DNA from: Octopus sinensis
Lineage: Eukaryota
Direction of reading: 5' to 3'
Length of the DNA stretch: 64,000 nucleotides
Assembly: GCF_006345805.1 (NCBI RefSeq)
Contig: NW_021835478.1
Span: 1 to 64,000 of the forward strand
Part shown: piece by piece, positions 11,929 through 23,700 of the stretch
How the letters are laid out: each line of letters starts with the position of its first letter
Numbering within the stretch: the first letter of the stretch is position 1
The notes under the pieces: model-generated
What the model was told of the DNA's origin: nothing
Seen by the model: only the letters and a program-made list of their open reading frames with translations
Databases searched by the model: none
Position numbers and translations under genes: made by a program

Positions 11929-12913
11929 AGAAAAAATATTGGCCTTGACCATTTTTCTTCATTGCCATTCCACTTTCCAGCTTATTAATGCAGGATTGTA
12001 ATGTTGGTGAAGCTTAAAGATCTTCAATTTTTATGTATTTTGAATTAAAAGTTGAAAATTGCACAATTTTCGTGCGTCAAAGTGAGTTTGACAAACTTTT
12101 TCACTCGAAAATTTTAATTTAGGAAAGAAGAGAAATATTTATTTAAACAATTTTAGGTTCATTTGAGGAAATTTACTCTATTTATAAATGTAACAAATCG
12201 TGGATATTTCTATATACAGTGAACAAAAATAAAAACTAAACATGCTTTTTCTTATAAATTTACAATGGGACAACATTGCAAATATGTCTCAAATTTATTC
12301 TTTACATAAATTACAGTATTTTACATTTTTTAGTTTTTTTGATAAATATATATGCCCTTTTTATGAAATCGAAAATTCAAAACTAAAAAAAAACTGCGTA
12401 TTGGTTGAGCAACATGATTAGAGCCACTTTGAATAAGAGGTCAGAACAACATTTTTAGCGGGGTATTGAATTCTCATTAGAACCTCTGACATCGTGACTT
12501 TCTCGTCAGGAAATAGTTCATAGATCGTAGTCTTTAATACCCTGTTGAGATTACAAATAAAGAAGCAAGTTATTCTAGACATTATAATTGTATTTAACAT
12601 AATTATGGATATGTTCTGGGAATGATTACCAAATATTTAACTGCAGCATTCCATACAAATTCTTATTTAAATAAATATAACAAAATGAATATGATGCAAC
12701 TCGATCTTTGTTTCCATGATAAAAAACAGAATCTCTTAGCTAACGAGACTTCAAAAAGTATATGTATTTCATAGGAAATTTATGGCTGTTTAAAAACCAA
12801 CGTAATTTGTAAAATATGCATCCAAAAATAAAATTTGTTCAATATGTATTAAACCATCCAAAACAATAATTTTCTATAAAAACTTACAAAATAACAATTT
12901 TATGAAAAAATCA

Positions 12914-15244
12914 TTAAGAGAAAATACGAGCTTCCCGACTGTTCAACGACCGAAAGCACCTGGAAATCCTCGCCTCAGTGGATGCTAATATAAAGAGCAC
13001 ACAACATACCAATACTATTATCAATCCAATCCATCGACCTGATCAAGGCAGATAAAACCTTCCTCACATTAAAATCCTACAAATCAAAAAACAGGTCCAA
13101 ACCACACTGTCGGGGCAATCATTGTCATTTATCCTCATCACATTCTCAATATGATCGACATCCTTGGAGTAACCCCCAATCTTATTCTCAATGTCCTCCA
13201 TCATTTGATACCTACATCACCTCACTCAACTACAAATATGTCTTGGATGTGCTCGACTTGTTCATTTTGGACACACTCACTTCGATCGAGTCCATCAACC
13301 TCTCCAGCATTTCCTGAGTATTCGAAACAAATTTGAGTTCGCTGTTTATATCCACCACACAATTCTCAATTTCACTCAACTTGGTCTCCATTTCAGTCAA
13401 CTTGGATATTACATAATCACACAATACTTTTTCGTCATCCTCAATCAACTGGAAGTCAATCTCATTCAGTCGCTTTAATTTTTCATCAAAGATCTGCTTT
13501 TTCGAACTCAATTGCCTTATTCTCGTCTCCAAATATGCCTCCAGTTGATAATAATTCATGTTTTCGAAACTAAAATCCCTCACAAAACTCACCTCATTTG
13601 TGTTTGGCCTGGACTATCTGAATGAATTTGCCTATAATTGTATCAAACCTCACAATACGTTTGAAAATCGGCAGTGGAACATGATTTAGCCATATTAGGC
13701 TCAATATTTGGTAAGGAGGTAGGCAAAGTCGATGATTGAGGGACTCCACTCTCACCAGAAGCTGGGAAGGAGGCCAAATTTGATTCAAATGTAACAGTTG
13801 ATTGAACTGGGACAGAAATTGGAGCTGCAGTGGTTGAAGGCTCCGAACTTTGGCCTGATTGTTGTGAATATATAAAGACATACTGAAAGGTTGAGAATAA
13901 TTAGAGACAGATGGAATAATCGAGATTGGTTGTGTGGCTGAAGTAGTGAACATTGCTGATGTCTGGAGGGAAGGAATTTGAGATGAAGGAGTAGAAGAAA
14001 GAAAAGTTGTTTGGGTAATTCCAGGGGAATTCGAGTGCTGGGTAGAAAACAATGGAGCATTTGAAATGCCTTGTGAGGTGATATTTTCTGATATATTTGG
14101 AATTCCTTGTTGGGAGGTCACAGCTGATGGAATATTGAATAGACCTTGTTGTGTGGTCACAGTTGATGGAATGTTGAATAGGCCCTGTTGGGATGTCACA
14201 GCTGATGGAATATTGAATAGACCTTGTTGGGAGGTCACAGTTGATGGAGTGTTAAATAGACCTTGTTGGGAGGTCACAGTTGATGGAATGTTAAATAGAC
14301 CTTGTTGGGAGGCCCCAATTGTTGGAATATTCGAAAATCCCAGTTGTTGAGAGGTCACAATTGATGGAATGTTGAATAAACCTTGCTGGGAAGTCACAGT
14401 TGATGGAGTGTTAAATAGGCCTTGCTGTGAGGTCGTAGTAGATGGAATGTTGAATAGGCCTTGTTGGGGGGTCCCAATTGTTGGAATATTCGAAAAGCCC
14501 TGTTGTTGCGATGTCGCAATTGATGGAATGTTGAATAAACCTTGCTGGGAAGTCACAGTTGATGGAGTATTGAATAGGCCTTGCTGTGAGGTCGCAGTTG
14601 ATGGAATATTGAATAAGCCTTGTTGGGAGGTTCCAGTTGATGGAATATTGAATAAGCCTTGTTGGGAGGTTCCAGTTGATGGAATGTTGAATAGACCTTG
14701 TTGGGACGTTCCAGTTGATGGAATATTGAATAGACCTTGTTGGGATGTCACAGTTGATGGAGTGTTGAATAGGCCTTGTTGTGAAGTATTTTGTCCTTGG
14801 ATTGGGAAAGGAGCATTAAAAGATTGTTGACAGGTCACAATTCCAAAGGGCTGTGAAATAATTGAATTGGTTTGTGCCCCCGAGTTAGGAAATGTTCCAA
14901 AAGATTGAGAAGTAAAACCAGATTGACCCGTTGACTGAAAACTTTGATTTCCTTGACTTTGAAGGGTTCCAAAACTTCCTGTGGCCGGAGAAGTTGGAAA
15001 TGCTTGATTTTGACCCCAAAGGCTCTGAGAAGTAGAAAATCCTTGTGGTTGAGTTCCAATATTTGAGATGTTTGGCCAAATATGCTTTGATTTTGAGACC
15101 CGAAAAATCCTGTTTGAGTAGTTGCAGGGTTTCCAAAAGAAGTGTTTGAAAATAAGTTAGTTTGAGGCTGAATTCCGGATAAAGCAGACGATTGAGATAT
15201 ATTTTGGTTAGGATTTTGATTATTACTCAAGAAGAAAAATTCAT
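12914..15244 (-). CDS. NUP62: Nucleoporin Nup62/Nsp1 (copy 1; 1-bp indels break the 5' frame)
   Basis: Spliced C-terminus MNYYQLEAYLETRIRQL..LIEDDEKLTEM..INSELKFVSNTQEMLERLMDSIE..RKVLSALIRSMDWIDNS matches the Nup62 coiled-coil pattern. The N-terminus is S/T/Q-rich with FG motifs. Three single-base homopolymer deletions relative to copy 2 lie near 15063, 15130 and 15227. Confidence 0.8.
14108..14787 (-). repeat. Coding 39-bp minisatellite (13-aa TSQQGLFNIPSTx units) in Nup62, copy 1
   Basis: 15 GLFN units plus two 14-aa GFSNIPTIG variants, read from the ORF track and the DNA. Confidence 0.95.
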
Positions 15245-15892
15245 TTGAAATATAGTCTAAATTTAATTTACCAAAAAAACAAACCACAACGTGATATTGA
15301 CTATTATTTTAATATATTTTTATTTTGATTTTATTCCATAAATATCTGCATATTATATAAAAAATTTGTTCGATTTAAAGCTATTATCCTCTTTTTATAT
15401 CCTCTCTTTTTTATTCACTTTGCACACTGTCTTTATACAAATGACTGACTTGAAAGTAAATGTACCTTACTACTTTGTTATATCTTCTAACATGATCGTT
15501 GTTAAGTATTTTCCGACATTGAGGTGCCTCATTTCGAGACAATGTTTTCTTCCATAGTCGACAATTTAAAATTTCTACATTTACATTTGAATAGTTGGAA
15601 ATGAATTCTTTATAAACAAACATTTAAGCAGTATTAATTATTTTGAAACTTTTTTCCCTTAATTTTGTATTTAGATTGATCGCTTACTGTAATTTAGAAA
15701 TTATCATAATTTGATATTTTACATTCATCCGACAATTATCACCAAATTTGGTAAGCCCGATCCTTTTTGATTACAACTAATTTAGATCACTGGTCTCGAC
15801 CTATTATTTTAAATGTTAATAGTTCAGTTGTTTGGACGAAATTCTATTCAGACTTTTATCATTAATTTCCTTTTGTTAGATTTGATTTAGAA

Positions 15893-16690
15893 CAGGGGTG
15901 TCAAACACTCGGCCCTCAGCGTACTTTGGCAAACATAAATGCGGTCTGATTCTCTTTGAATATGGGTTTGATTTGAAGAAGCGTGTATGTTTATGCACTG
16001 ATGGTGCTCCGAATATGGTTGGACGACATGCTGGCGTTTCCGCCAAATTGCGAGCTGAAATAGAAAAGGTAAATCCCGGGTCATCATTTGCTCATTTTCA
16101 TTGTATTATTCATCAACAATATTTGTGCTCAAAGATATTAAAAATGGAAAATATTATTAGTTTGGTCACGAAAACAGTAAACTATATCAGAGGTCATCCC
16201 CTCAACCACCGGCAGTTTAGTAAACTGCTGACAGATATTAATAATCAGTCAGCAATGCAGATGAAAGTTTACAAATGGAACTATTGGTAATCCAATCAGA
16301 TTCTATACTTAAAGCTAAATATTTGGAGGTTGGAATACCTGCTTTTTTTCATATCTTCCTGGAAAGTTTAAAAACTTTAAAAAGTTTGCGACAAAATCAT
16401 TGCTATGTTTAATTCGACATAACTTTTTCATTTATGAAATTGACAAAAACTGCTCAAAGAACAAGACTAACTGATGAACATTTATCATCTTTAATAAAAG
16501 TCGGAAACTACACGAATAGCTCAGCCTGACATATCAAAAATTGTATCTAAAAAAGATGTCAATCCTCTGAAAGCAGCTCTCACCAAAATTAAAGGGTGAT
16601 GATTGAATAATTTAGTTTCTCTTATTTTGGCTATTCATCATAATAAATATCAGAACTAATCTTCCATTAATGAGAAATTAGTATAAATGC
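15893..16690 (+). mobile_element. hAT (Charlie/Buster-like) transposon, doubly deleted derivative of the element at 39981
   Basis: Left TIR CAGGGGTGTCAAAC at 15893. Transposase remnant TDGAPNMVGR..FHCIIHQ..VNYIRGHPLNHRQF. Lacks 866 bp of the 5' body and the right TIR relative to 39981-41675. Confidence 0.85.
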
Positions 16691-17015
16691 AAAATATTTC
16701 AGCGACCTCAGGTCCGAGACGAGGGTTCCATCAGAGCGTTTAAGGCGCACTGAATTTGCCTCCCCTCTCTCTGACAGGCTCTTCAACTGTTTCCAGAAGT
16801 CCGGGAAGCGGGCGTCTACGCTTCTGCAGGCCCGCTCCCACCGTGAACTTTCGAATTCGCGGATTTCTCTTCGGATCTCCCTCTGAAGCCGGCTAATCTA
16901 GCCACGAAACCAAACACGGTTTTCCTCGTAAACGCATTTGTCCCGTAGTCTGGACAGCCGGCGCTTAATCTAATTTTATTTAAAACCCTGTACGGGAGTG
17001 TGGAAATGTGACTTA
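16690..17015 (-). mobile_element. APE-type LINE fragment (endonuclease-RT linker), truncated
   Basis: Roughly 90% similar by eye to 41798-42123, where it continues into an APE C-terminus. Confidence 0.65.
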
Positions 17016-17450
17016 CCCTCCAGGATTCTCGATGCATAATTTGATATTCTGATTAGAAAAGGAGTTCACACACGTGACGTCCCAAACCAGACACTTTCCC
17101 CTCTGGAATGGAAATGTGGTCATCCCATCGGGTCTTCTGCCGTCCTCTACGAAAATCCCTACAGGTTCCAATTGTGTGTGGAATCCAGCAGTTCGAAGAG
17201 ATCGACAGATGATCTGGTTCAGTTCGGAATGCCGTGAGGAACGTCCAATTCCGTTTCGACATGAGAGGGAGTGATATCCAAACTTGTCAGTCCACACGCC
17301 GCACCGGCATTAGTGTTTTTCATAAACGCGTAGACCGAGGCGCAGACAAACTCCAATTCTTACGGCTTCATCGTTAAGAAGGCAGCCAGTTGTATTACAA
17401 GGGTAACAGTTTAGCCACGCGCCGCTTAGGGGCTGGCTGCCCGCTTGTAA
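17013..17450 (-). mobile_element. CRE-clade fragment (zinc knuckle/RLE part), different subfamily from 8860
   Basis: CGVWTDKFGYHSLSCRNGIGRSSRHSELNQII..GRRPDGMTTFPFQRGKCLVWDVTCVNSFS parallels the C-terminus of the 962-aa ORF. Confidence 0.85.
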
Positions 17451-17479
17451 ACAAGCCAACCTTCTCTGGTCCATGGTTT

Positions 17480-18590
17480 TCTTTAGGCATGTTGTTGTAT
17501 CTAATATTAATCTGTTGTTGTATCTATATTTCTGATTTCTCTAATCCTTTCTATCCGTAGAATTTTTCTTTGTCTATTTCTTTCTATCCATTATTCGTTC
17601 TGTTATAATCTTTTCATATGGTGATCTCTCATTCAACTCTTAATCCTGTTTCCCCCTGCTCAATCTGCAACATGGTCAACAAAAGAAAGAAGGGCCGTCT
17701 CTGCTCATCGTGTTATCGGTTCTTTCATCTTTCTTGTGTCTCCCTTTCCCACCGCACTTCGGAACGTATCCCATCTTGGGTCTGTCCCGCTTGTCTTTCC
17801 GGCACCCCATTATTTTCATCCACCCCATCCGCCACTCTCGGCACTCGCTGCTCCGCTGATTCCTTCCCTTTCTCTGACCCTTATATTCGGGACCCATTCT
17901 GTCCCTTTCGTTCTCAAATCTATCAAACTCCTCCGCCGCCTCCGACAAATCCCGCACAGAATCCAAAAGGCTGCTCGTATCCCAGCTGCTTCCTCTTTGT
18001 CCACCGCAATTGACGACGCTCTGGCCTCCGACAGGGAATCCCATTTGCTTAAGTTGTTCTGCTTTGCCTCTTTCGGCCTCGGCTTTCTCCCATCCGTTAA
18101 CAGAACCTCCCCCTCGCTTGCTACGACCGTCAAACATGAACTGTCCTCGTACGACGGGAACTGTTTTTCTCCCGGCTGGCTCCAGGCCTATCTCGCCAAT
18201 TCAGAGCCTCTTTTCGGCGCAACATCCCCAAATCTGACTGCAGCTCCGCACGATGTCGACTACCTCTACAGAAAAGTTAATTGCAAACTTATGGACGGCG
18301 ACGTCCGCGGTGCTGTCAGGCTTGTCGCCTCCTCGAGTTCCCTTTTGTCATCATCACCCGCCGTCCTGAAATCTCTCAGAGATAAACACCCTTCTCAGCC
18401 CCACGACTTCAGACCTCAGCCGCCTCCCGCCACTCTCGCTGTCAATCCCTTCGTGGTCTCGGAAGACCTCGTACTGAAAGCCTTGAGGAATTTTTCCCCA
18501 GGAAGCAGTGGGGGAGTAGACGGCCTGAGACCTAATCATCTAAAAGATCTGACTTCTCCCACTACCGCCGAAGCTGGACGGAGGTTGTAA
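17480..18590 (+). mobile_element. CRE-clade 5' fragment (PHD finger to RT start), frameshifted
   Basis: CSICNMVNKRKKGRLCSSCYRFFHLSC..WVCPAC (PHD), then RIQKAARIPAA, KLMDGDVRGAVRLV, SSGGVDGLRPNHLKDL..AEAGRRL. Homologous to the first ~300 aa of the 962-aa ORF. Confidence 0.87.
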
Positions 18591-18769
18591 AAGGTCCTCC
18601 GTGAGTTGTTAGAGCAGAAGAAGGTCCTCCGTGAGTTGTTGGGCTTGGATAACAATATTGAGATAATAAACGTTTCAAAAAAATTAATTGTGAAAATTAA
18701 TTCAAATAAATGTATTTCAATATGGATGTAACCTTTTCGGTCTTTTACTAAATATTCATTTCAGAACGA

Positions 18770-19077
18770 GAGCATCGAAGAGAGGCCAATAAACGAATTG
18801 CTCAACTCACACAATTTTTTGGATATCAGTAATACTCAATTTGATTTTCAGTGAACAAAAATGCAGCGATCGCGTGGAATTTCCGGAAGCCGAGGACTAC
18901 TACCGACGTACATTAAAGAACTTGTCAGGAGTGTCTCTGAAGACTCGTAAGAACGCATCTTCCCCTTCGAGAGAAGTCACTTTGGTGTTATCCACAAAAG
19001 ACGTGACAATCCTAACTCATTACAAGCTGGTAGACTCGACAAAGATTGAACGAATCGCGAAAGGATTTCTTTCTTAA
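18770..19077 (+). other. Possible 3' exons of an unidentified host gene
   Basis: A GT-AG 23-nt intron candidate (gtaatactcaatttgattttcag) joins an upstream open frame to the 78-aa ORF ending at 19077. No recognizable motif. Confidence 0.3.
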
Positions 19078-20101
19078 AATTTGTCAAAGAAATCAGTGAT
19101 TGATGGGAATTTATGTCTGAGGTTGTGTTGAGTGTAGACCTGCCATTTGTGGCATAAAAAATCTGTTCGTCAATCTCGAGTTGGAACAGAAAGAATACGT
19201 CATGAAGGTTGTCTGCTATCCAAAATGGGGAGGTTATAAAAATTGAAGCCCCGAGCGAAATCTGTTTCAGGAAATTCACAGTCCTGACGGCCTTGGTCGA
19301 ACGAGTGATACAAATGGAGTGAGGAAGTCATAAATCCACGAACTAGCGCTTACTGTCGGGATTTGATGCAGTTGTGCCGACTGTACAACATTGAGCGTAA
19401 AATGCATTTTTACTATTCGGTTTTCTACTGATATACGACGGAATTGTACAGCCATAATTACATTACGGCGTCCTCTCTGAGAATAGAACTGCTTGTCGGG
19501 GGGTCGACGGTGTCTGAACAGAAGTATTTGTTATGCGTCCGAACGAACAATATGAGATATAAGGTTAAAACAGTTTAGATTTCTTTTTTTGGATTATATT
19601 GTGTACATTCCACTATCATGCAAATTCATGAATGGATAAATAAAAACCCGTTTGATTTTGACGTGTGGTTCTATTCTGATGAGACAGGTCGGCCAATTTC
19701 GGGAAGGACTCAGAGGGATTGCAATCCTCTTGATTTTTGATTAAGTCGAAATTTCAACGTGCATCCGTTTCCTCCGTCGAAATTTCAAACTATATCTGTG
19801 ATGTTACATAATTATGATCTAACAAAATGTAATCAAAAAAGTTAATATCTCGAGACTTGCTAGTAAATTTTCTGAGTGTTTTCTTGGCGAATGTTGAATG
19901 ACCTTTCATTAAGAAAACTCATCTGATTTAGTTTGTGATATGGCCATAATCAGAGATCACGTTGTACATCTTTGCCATTTGTAGAAAAGTCTAAGCTCTT
20001 TTTATTACATAATTCTCAAATATGTTTTCCCTGCCGAACAGAAAGTAACAATCAATGAATAGACCTTTGATTATTTAAAAATGTTGTTTGATTTTTGTAA
20101 A

Positions 20102-21560
20102 AACGTTAATGCTAGCTTATATGCGGTTTAAAATCTGATGTTTAGAGCTTTGACATTAATTATTGATATGTCATACTAGTGTTTGATGTGTCAGCACTAA
20201 TACTTTATTCGTCAAACTAATGTTTGATGTGTCAGCACTAATACTTTATGCGTCAATACTAATGCTTGATGTGTCAGCACTAATACTTTATGCGTCAATA
20301 CTAATGCTTGATCTTCTAAAGTACACTAATAATCCATTATTGACACTATCAAAGTTCTAAAATGCTATTTTCTGAATATCAATAAATATTAGTATGAATA
20401 CTATTAACAGATGTCTCAAGGAGTTTCTCTACACCGTGAGACAAATTGTAAAGATACTAGTAAGGCAAAATATTGACACTACCATTAAACTAAGGAAAAA
20501 ATATTAAGATAATTTTCAACGTTTACAAATTGAAATCAAAGTTAAGAGCATTATTTTCTCAAGTAATGCTTCAAGCATTAACGTTAACGTTTCAAGCATT
20601 ATTGTTGATGCTCCAAACATTAGCGTTCAAACCGCATATAAGCAAGCATTAACGTTTTCAGGAGATTCTGTGATAGAATAAGAGCTATATATGGGGAAAA
20701 ACAGAAATACAATATCTGTTTCAACAAAAAAACTGATTGTTGAACATTCAATTAATGGAAAATCTAATAAAGAAATAAGTGACTATCTAAACATGCCTCA
20801 ATCCACAATAAGTCGAATACTTTGTCAATGGAGAAAATCGGGAGATATTGAGAGCAAACCGCGTGGTGGAGATTATTCTTCCAAATTAAATGATTTACAA
20901 AAGCAATACATTTTTAGTTTGGTCGACGATAATCCAGTATTGACACTATCAAAGTTAAAAGACATGTTGTTTTCCGAATATAAGATAAATATCAGTCCGA
21001 GTACAATTAACAGATGTCTTAAATGTCGAACAAAAAGTAACAATTAATAAACAGCTACCTTAATGCTTTCAAAATGTTTTGTGACTTGAAAACTTGCGTA
21101 GGACAGACTAAGTAATGTAAAACTAATGTTTACATGAAACCTCCTCCACATAGGCCCTCAAAGTTCTCATTAAAGTAGATGCTAGTACCACTAAGATTTG
21201 CACCCGCAAACGGCTTACCAGCACTCACATGCTAAGTTTCCATGCTACCGCCAAAATTATCTTTATATTTTTTTCTTAGTTTAATGGTAGTATCAAAATT
21301 TCTCTTCACTGGTATTTTCACAATTTGTTTCACTGTGTAGTGAAAGTCTTTAAGACATCTGTTAATAGTACTCGGACTAATATTTATCCAATATTCAGAA
21401 AACAGCATGTCTCTTAACTTTGTTGTCTGAATTTCCCGAAAAACATTAATTCTTGCTTATATGTGGTTTAAAAGCTAATGTTTAGAGCTTAGGCATTAAT
21501 GCTTGAAGCATGAACACTAAAGCTTGGTGAATTAACAACTAATGGTTGCGTTTACAACAT
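20102..21560. mobile_element. Cluster of IS630/Tc1-like transposon fragments
   Basis: HTH-bearing ORF 20691-21047 (EISDYLNMPQSTISRIL..ISPSTINRCLK). Related fragments at ~20340-20520 (+) and ~21250-21420 (-; ISPSTINRCLKDFHYTVKQIVKIPVKRN). A shared ~50-100 bp subterminal motif occurs at ~20102, ~20610 (inverted) and ~21443. Confidence 0.75.
20180..20312. repeat. ~42-bp tandem repeat, ~3 copies
   Basis: GTTTGATGTGTCAGCACTAATACTTTATGCGTCAATACTAAT-like units start at 20181, 20222 and 20264. Confidence 0.9.
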
Positions 21561-21809
21561 TAAAGCTCGGAAAACCTCAAAAACTTTTGAATTATAATAT
21601 TATCAGTATTTATTATTCCAATTCAGTTTCAATCAAATGTCACGAGTCTTTTTCTGATATATTATTAACATTCCATCTAGCCGATAAATCATGAAAATTG
21701 AAATATTCTGAATAGAAATTTGTTTGATTAACTGTTAAATTAATTTTTATTCTTGTAATGAAAACTGAACGATTGGTAAGACCCTTAAAATCCAAAAAGA
21801 CATATTCCT

Positions 21810-23250
21810 TGTAATAACTTTAATTTTTCTGAAGTCCTCGTCGAATATTCCATAATTTATGGTTATATTTTTGTGAACATTTAAATACAGTATCAATTTG
21901 ATTATCTTGCACAGTTAAAAATTAATTAGAAGTCAGTTTAAGAGTTTCAATGTTGAAAGTTGTTGGTTTATTTGAATGATCAAAATCTAAAAAATTTGGA
22001 ATTTGAATTCTCCAAATTTATTGGTTTATATGTTTAGTTCATGTCCAAAAACAATTCTTGGCTATTTTCTGATTTCCAAAATGATTCTGTGCTCATCTCT
22101 CGAGATTAGTAGGAAATTCTTTTTATTGAGTCCAACCAAACTCTGTCTTTATGTGAGTTTTTTCAAGTATTTACTGAAAATATAACAGTCAAAAAGCGAT
22201 AATATAAAGTTTTGTGTACAAAAATAAAATTAATTTATTCAAAATTTTGTTTGATAAAAATAATGAGTATCTTTTTCAAATCTGCAAAATAATGACTTTA
22301 ATTTTTCTGAAGGCCTCGTCGAATATTCCATAATTTATGGTTATATTTTTGCAAACATTTAAATACAGTATTAATTTGATTATCTTGCACAGTTAAAAAT
22401 TAATTAGAAGTCAGTTTGAGAGTTTCAATGTTGAAAGTTGTTAGTTTATTTAAATGATCAAACATCTAAAAAAAATTTGGAATTTGAATTCTCCAAATTT
22501 ATTGGTTTATATGTTTAGTTCATGTCCAAAAACAATTCTTGACTATTTTCTGATTTCCAAAATGATTCTGTGCTCATCTCTCAAGATTAGTAGGAAATTC
22601 TTTTTATTGAGTCCAACCAAACTCTGTCTTTATGTGAGTTTTTTCGAGTATTTACTGGAAATATAACAGTCAAAAAGCGATAATATAAAGTTTTGTGTAC
22701 AAAAATAAAATTAATTTATTCAAAATTTTGTTTGATAAAAATAATGAGTATCTTTTTCAAATCTGCAAAATAATGACTTTAATTTTTCTGAAGGCCTCGT
22801 CGAATATTCCATAATTTATGGTTATATTTTTGTGAAAATTTAAATACAGTATCAATTTGATTATCTTGCACAGTTAAAATTAATTAGAAGTCAGTTTAAG
22901 AGTTTCAATGTTGAAAGTTGTTGGTTTATTTAAATGATCAAAATCTAAAAAATTTGGAATTTGAATTCTCCAAATTTATTGGTTTATATGTTTAGTTCAT
23001 GTCCAAAAACAATTCTTGACTATTTTCTGATTTCCAAAATGATTCTGTGCTCATCTCTCAAGATTAATAGGAAATTCTTTTTATTGAGTCCAACCAAACT
23101 CTGTCTTTATGTGAGTTTTTTCGAGTATTTACTGGAAATATAACAGTCAAAAAGCGATAATATAAAGTTTTGTGTACAAAAATAAAATTAATTTATTCAA
23201 TATTTTGCTTGATAAAAATAATGAGTATCTTTTTCAAATCTGCAAAGAAT
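21810..23250. repeat. ~480-bp tandem repeat, 3 copies
   Basis: The same segment (ACTTTAATTTTTCTGAAG.CCTCGTCGAATATTCC...CAAATCTGCAAA) starts near 21813, 22293 and 22774. The shared small ORF starts at 22003, 22484 and 22961. Confidence 0.93.
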
Positions 23251-23454
23251 ATCTTGTTAATAAAGATTTCTTTACAAATATCATTTATTTCTCACAATAT
23301 TAAATATTGAATAACAAAGAACTAATAAATTGAACAATTCAAAATTTATTATTTTTATAAATAATTGGTCATCCATTCTGATATAAATCTTATTCTTAAA
23401 ATTATATTATTTACATAAAAAATTTAGATCCGAATGAAATTAGTTTTTAATTAA

Positions 23455-23700
23455 TGCGTCAGTCGATTTTTCTCTTTCAAACCAGACCCAATCTCTTCGA
23501 TTGTTACACTTATCCATCTCACAGGGCTACTTTCTTTTGTGGTTGTTCTCAAATCTGATTCAATGTCACGCTCAGAAGAGATCTCTCATTTGTTCTATTT
23601 GTAAACCGAGATTTTTGGCATTTTTCCGGGGAGATCATTCCAAACTTATGTTCTGCGCGCATACTAACCGCCGACTGAGTGTACGCTCATGTGGGTCCTT
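23455..23700 (-). mobile_element. Diverged 3'-end fragment related to the retroelement end at 53025-53160
   Basis: Shares CAGTCGATT..ACACTTATCCAT..TTTTGTGGTTGTTCTC with 53025-53140. Confidence 0.5.

Noticed and set aside
9010-11968. Overlapping ORFs within the CRE element (e.g. 182 aa +, 135 aa +, 196 aa -)
   Set aside because: Antisense or alternate-frame shadows of a GC-richer ORF, with no motifs.
14066-14830. Cys/Trp-rich repetitive ORFs on the plus strand (RPCWEVTVDGVLN)n, also at 38166-38930
   Set aside because: They are the antisense reading of the Nup62 39-bp repeat. The minus frame is continuous with FG and coiled-coil sequence.
15366-15623. Small gene head-to-head with Nup62
   Set aside because: Candidate micro-introns exist, but the copies differ by frame-shifting indels and no motif supports coding.
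19704-19730. Perfect 12-bp palindrome GGATTGCAATCC
   Set aside because: It is a single short palindrome with no supporting context and could occur by chance.
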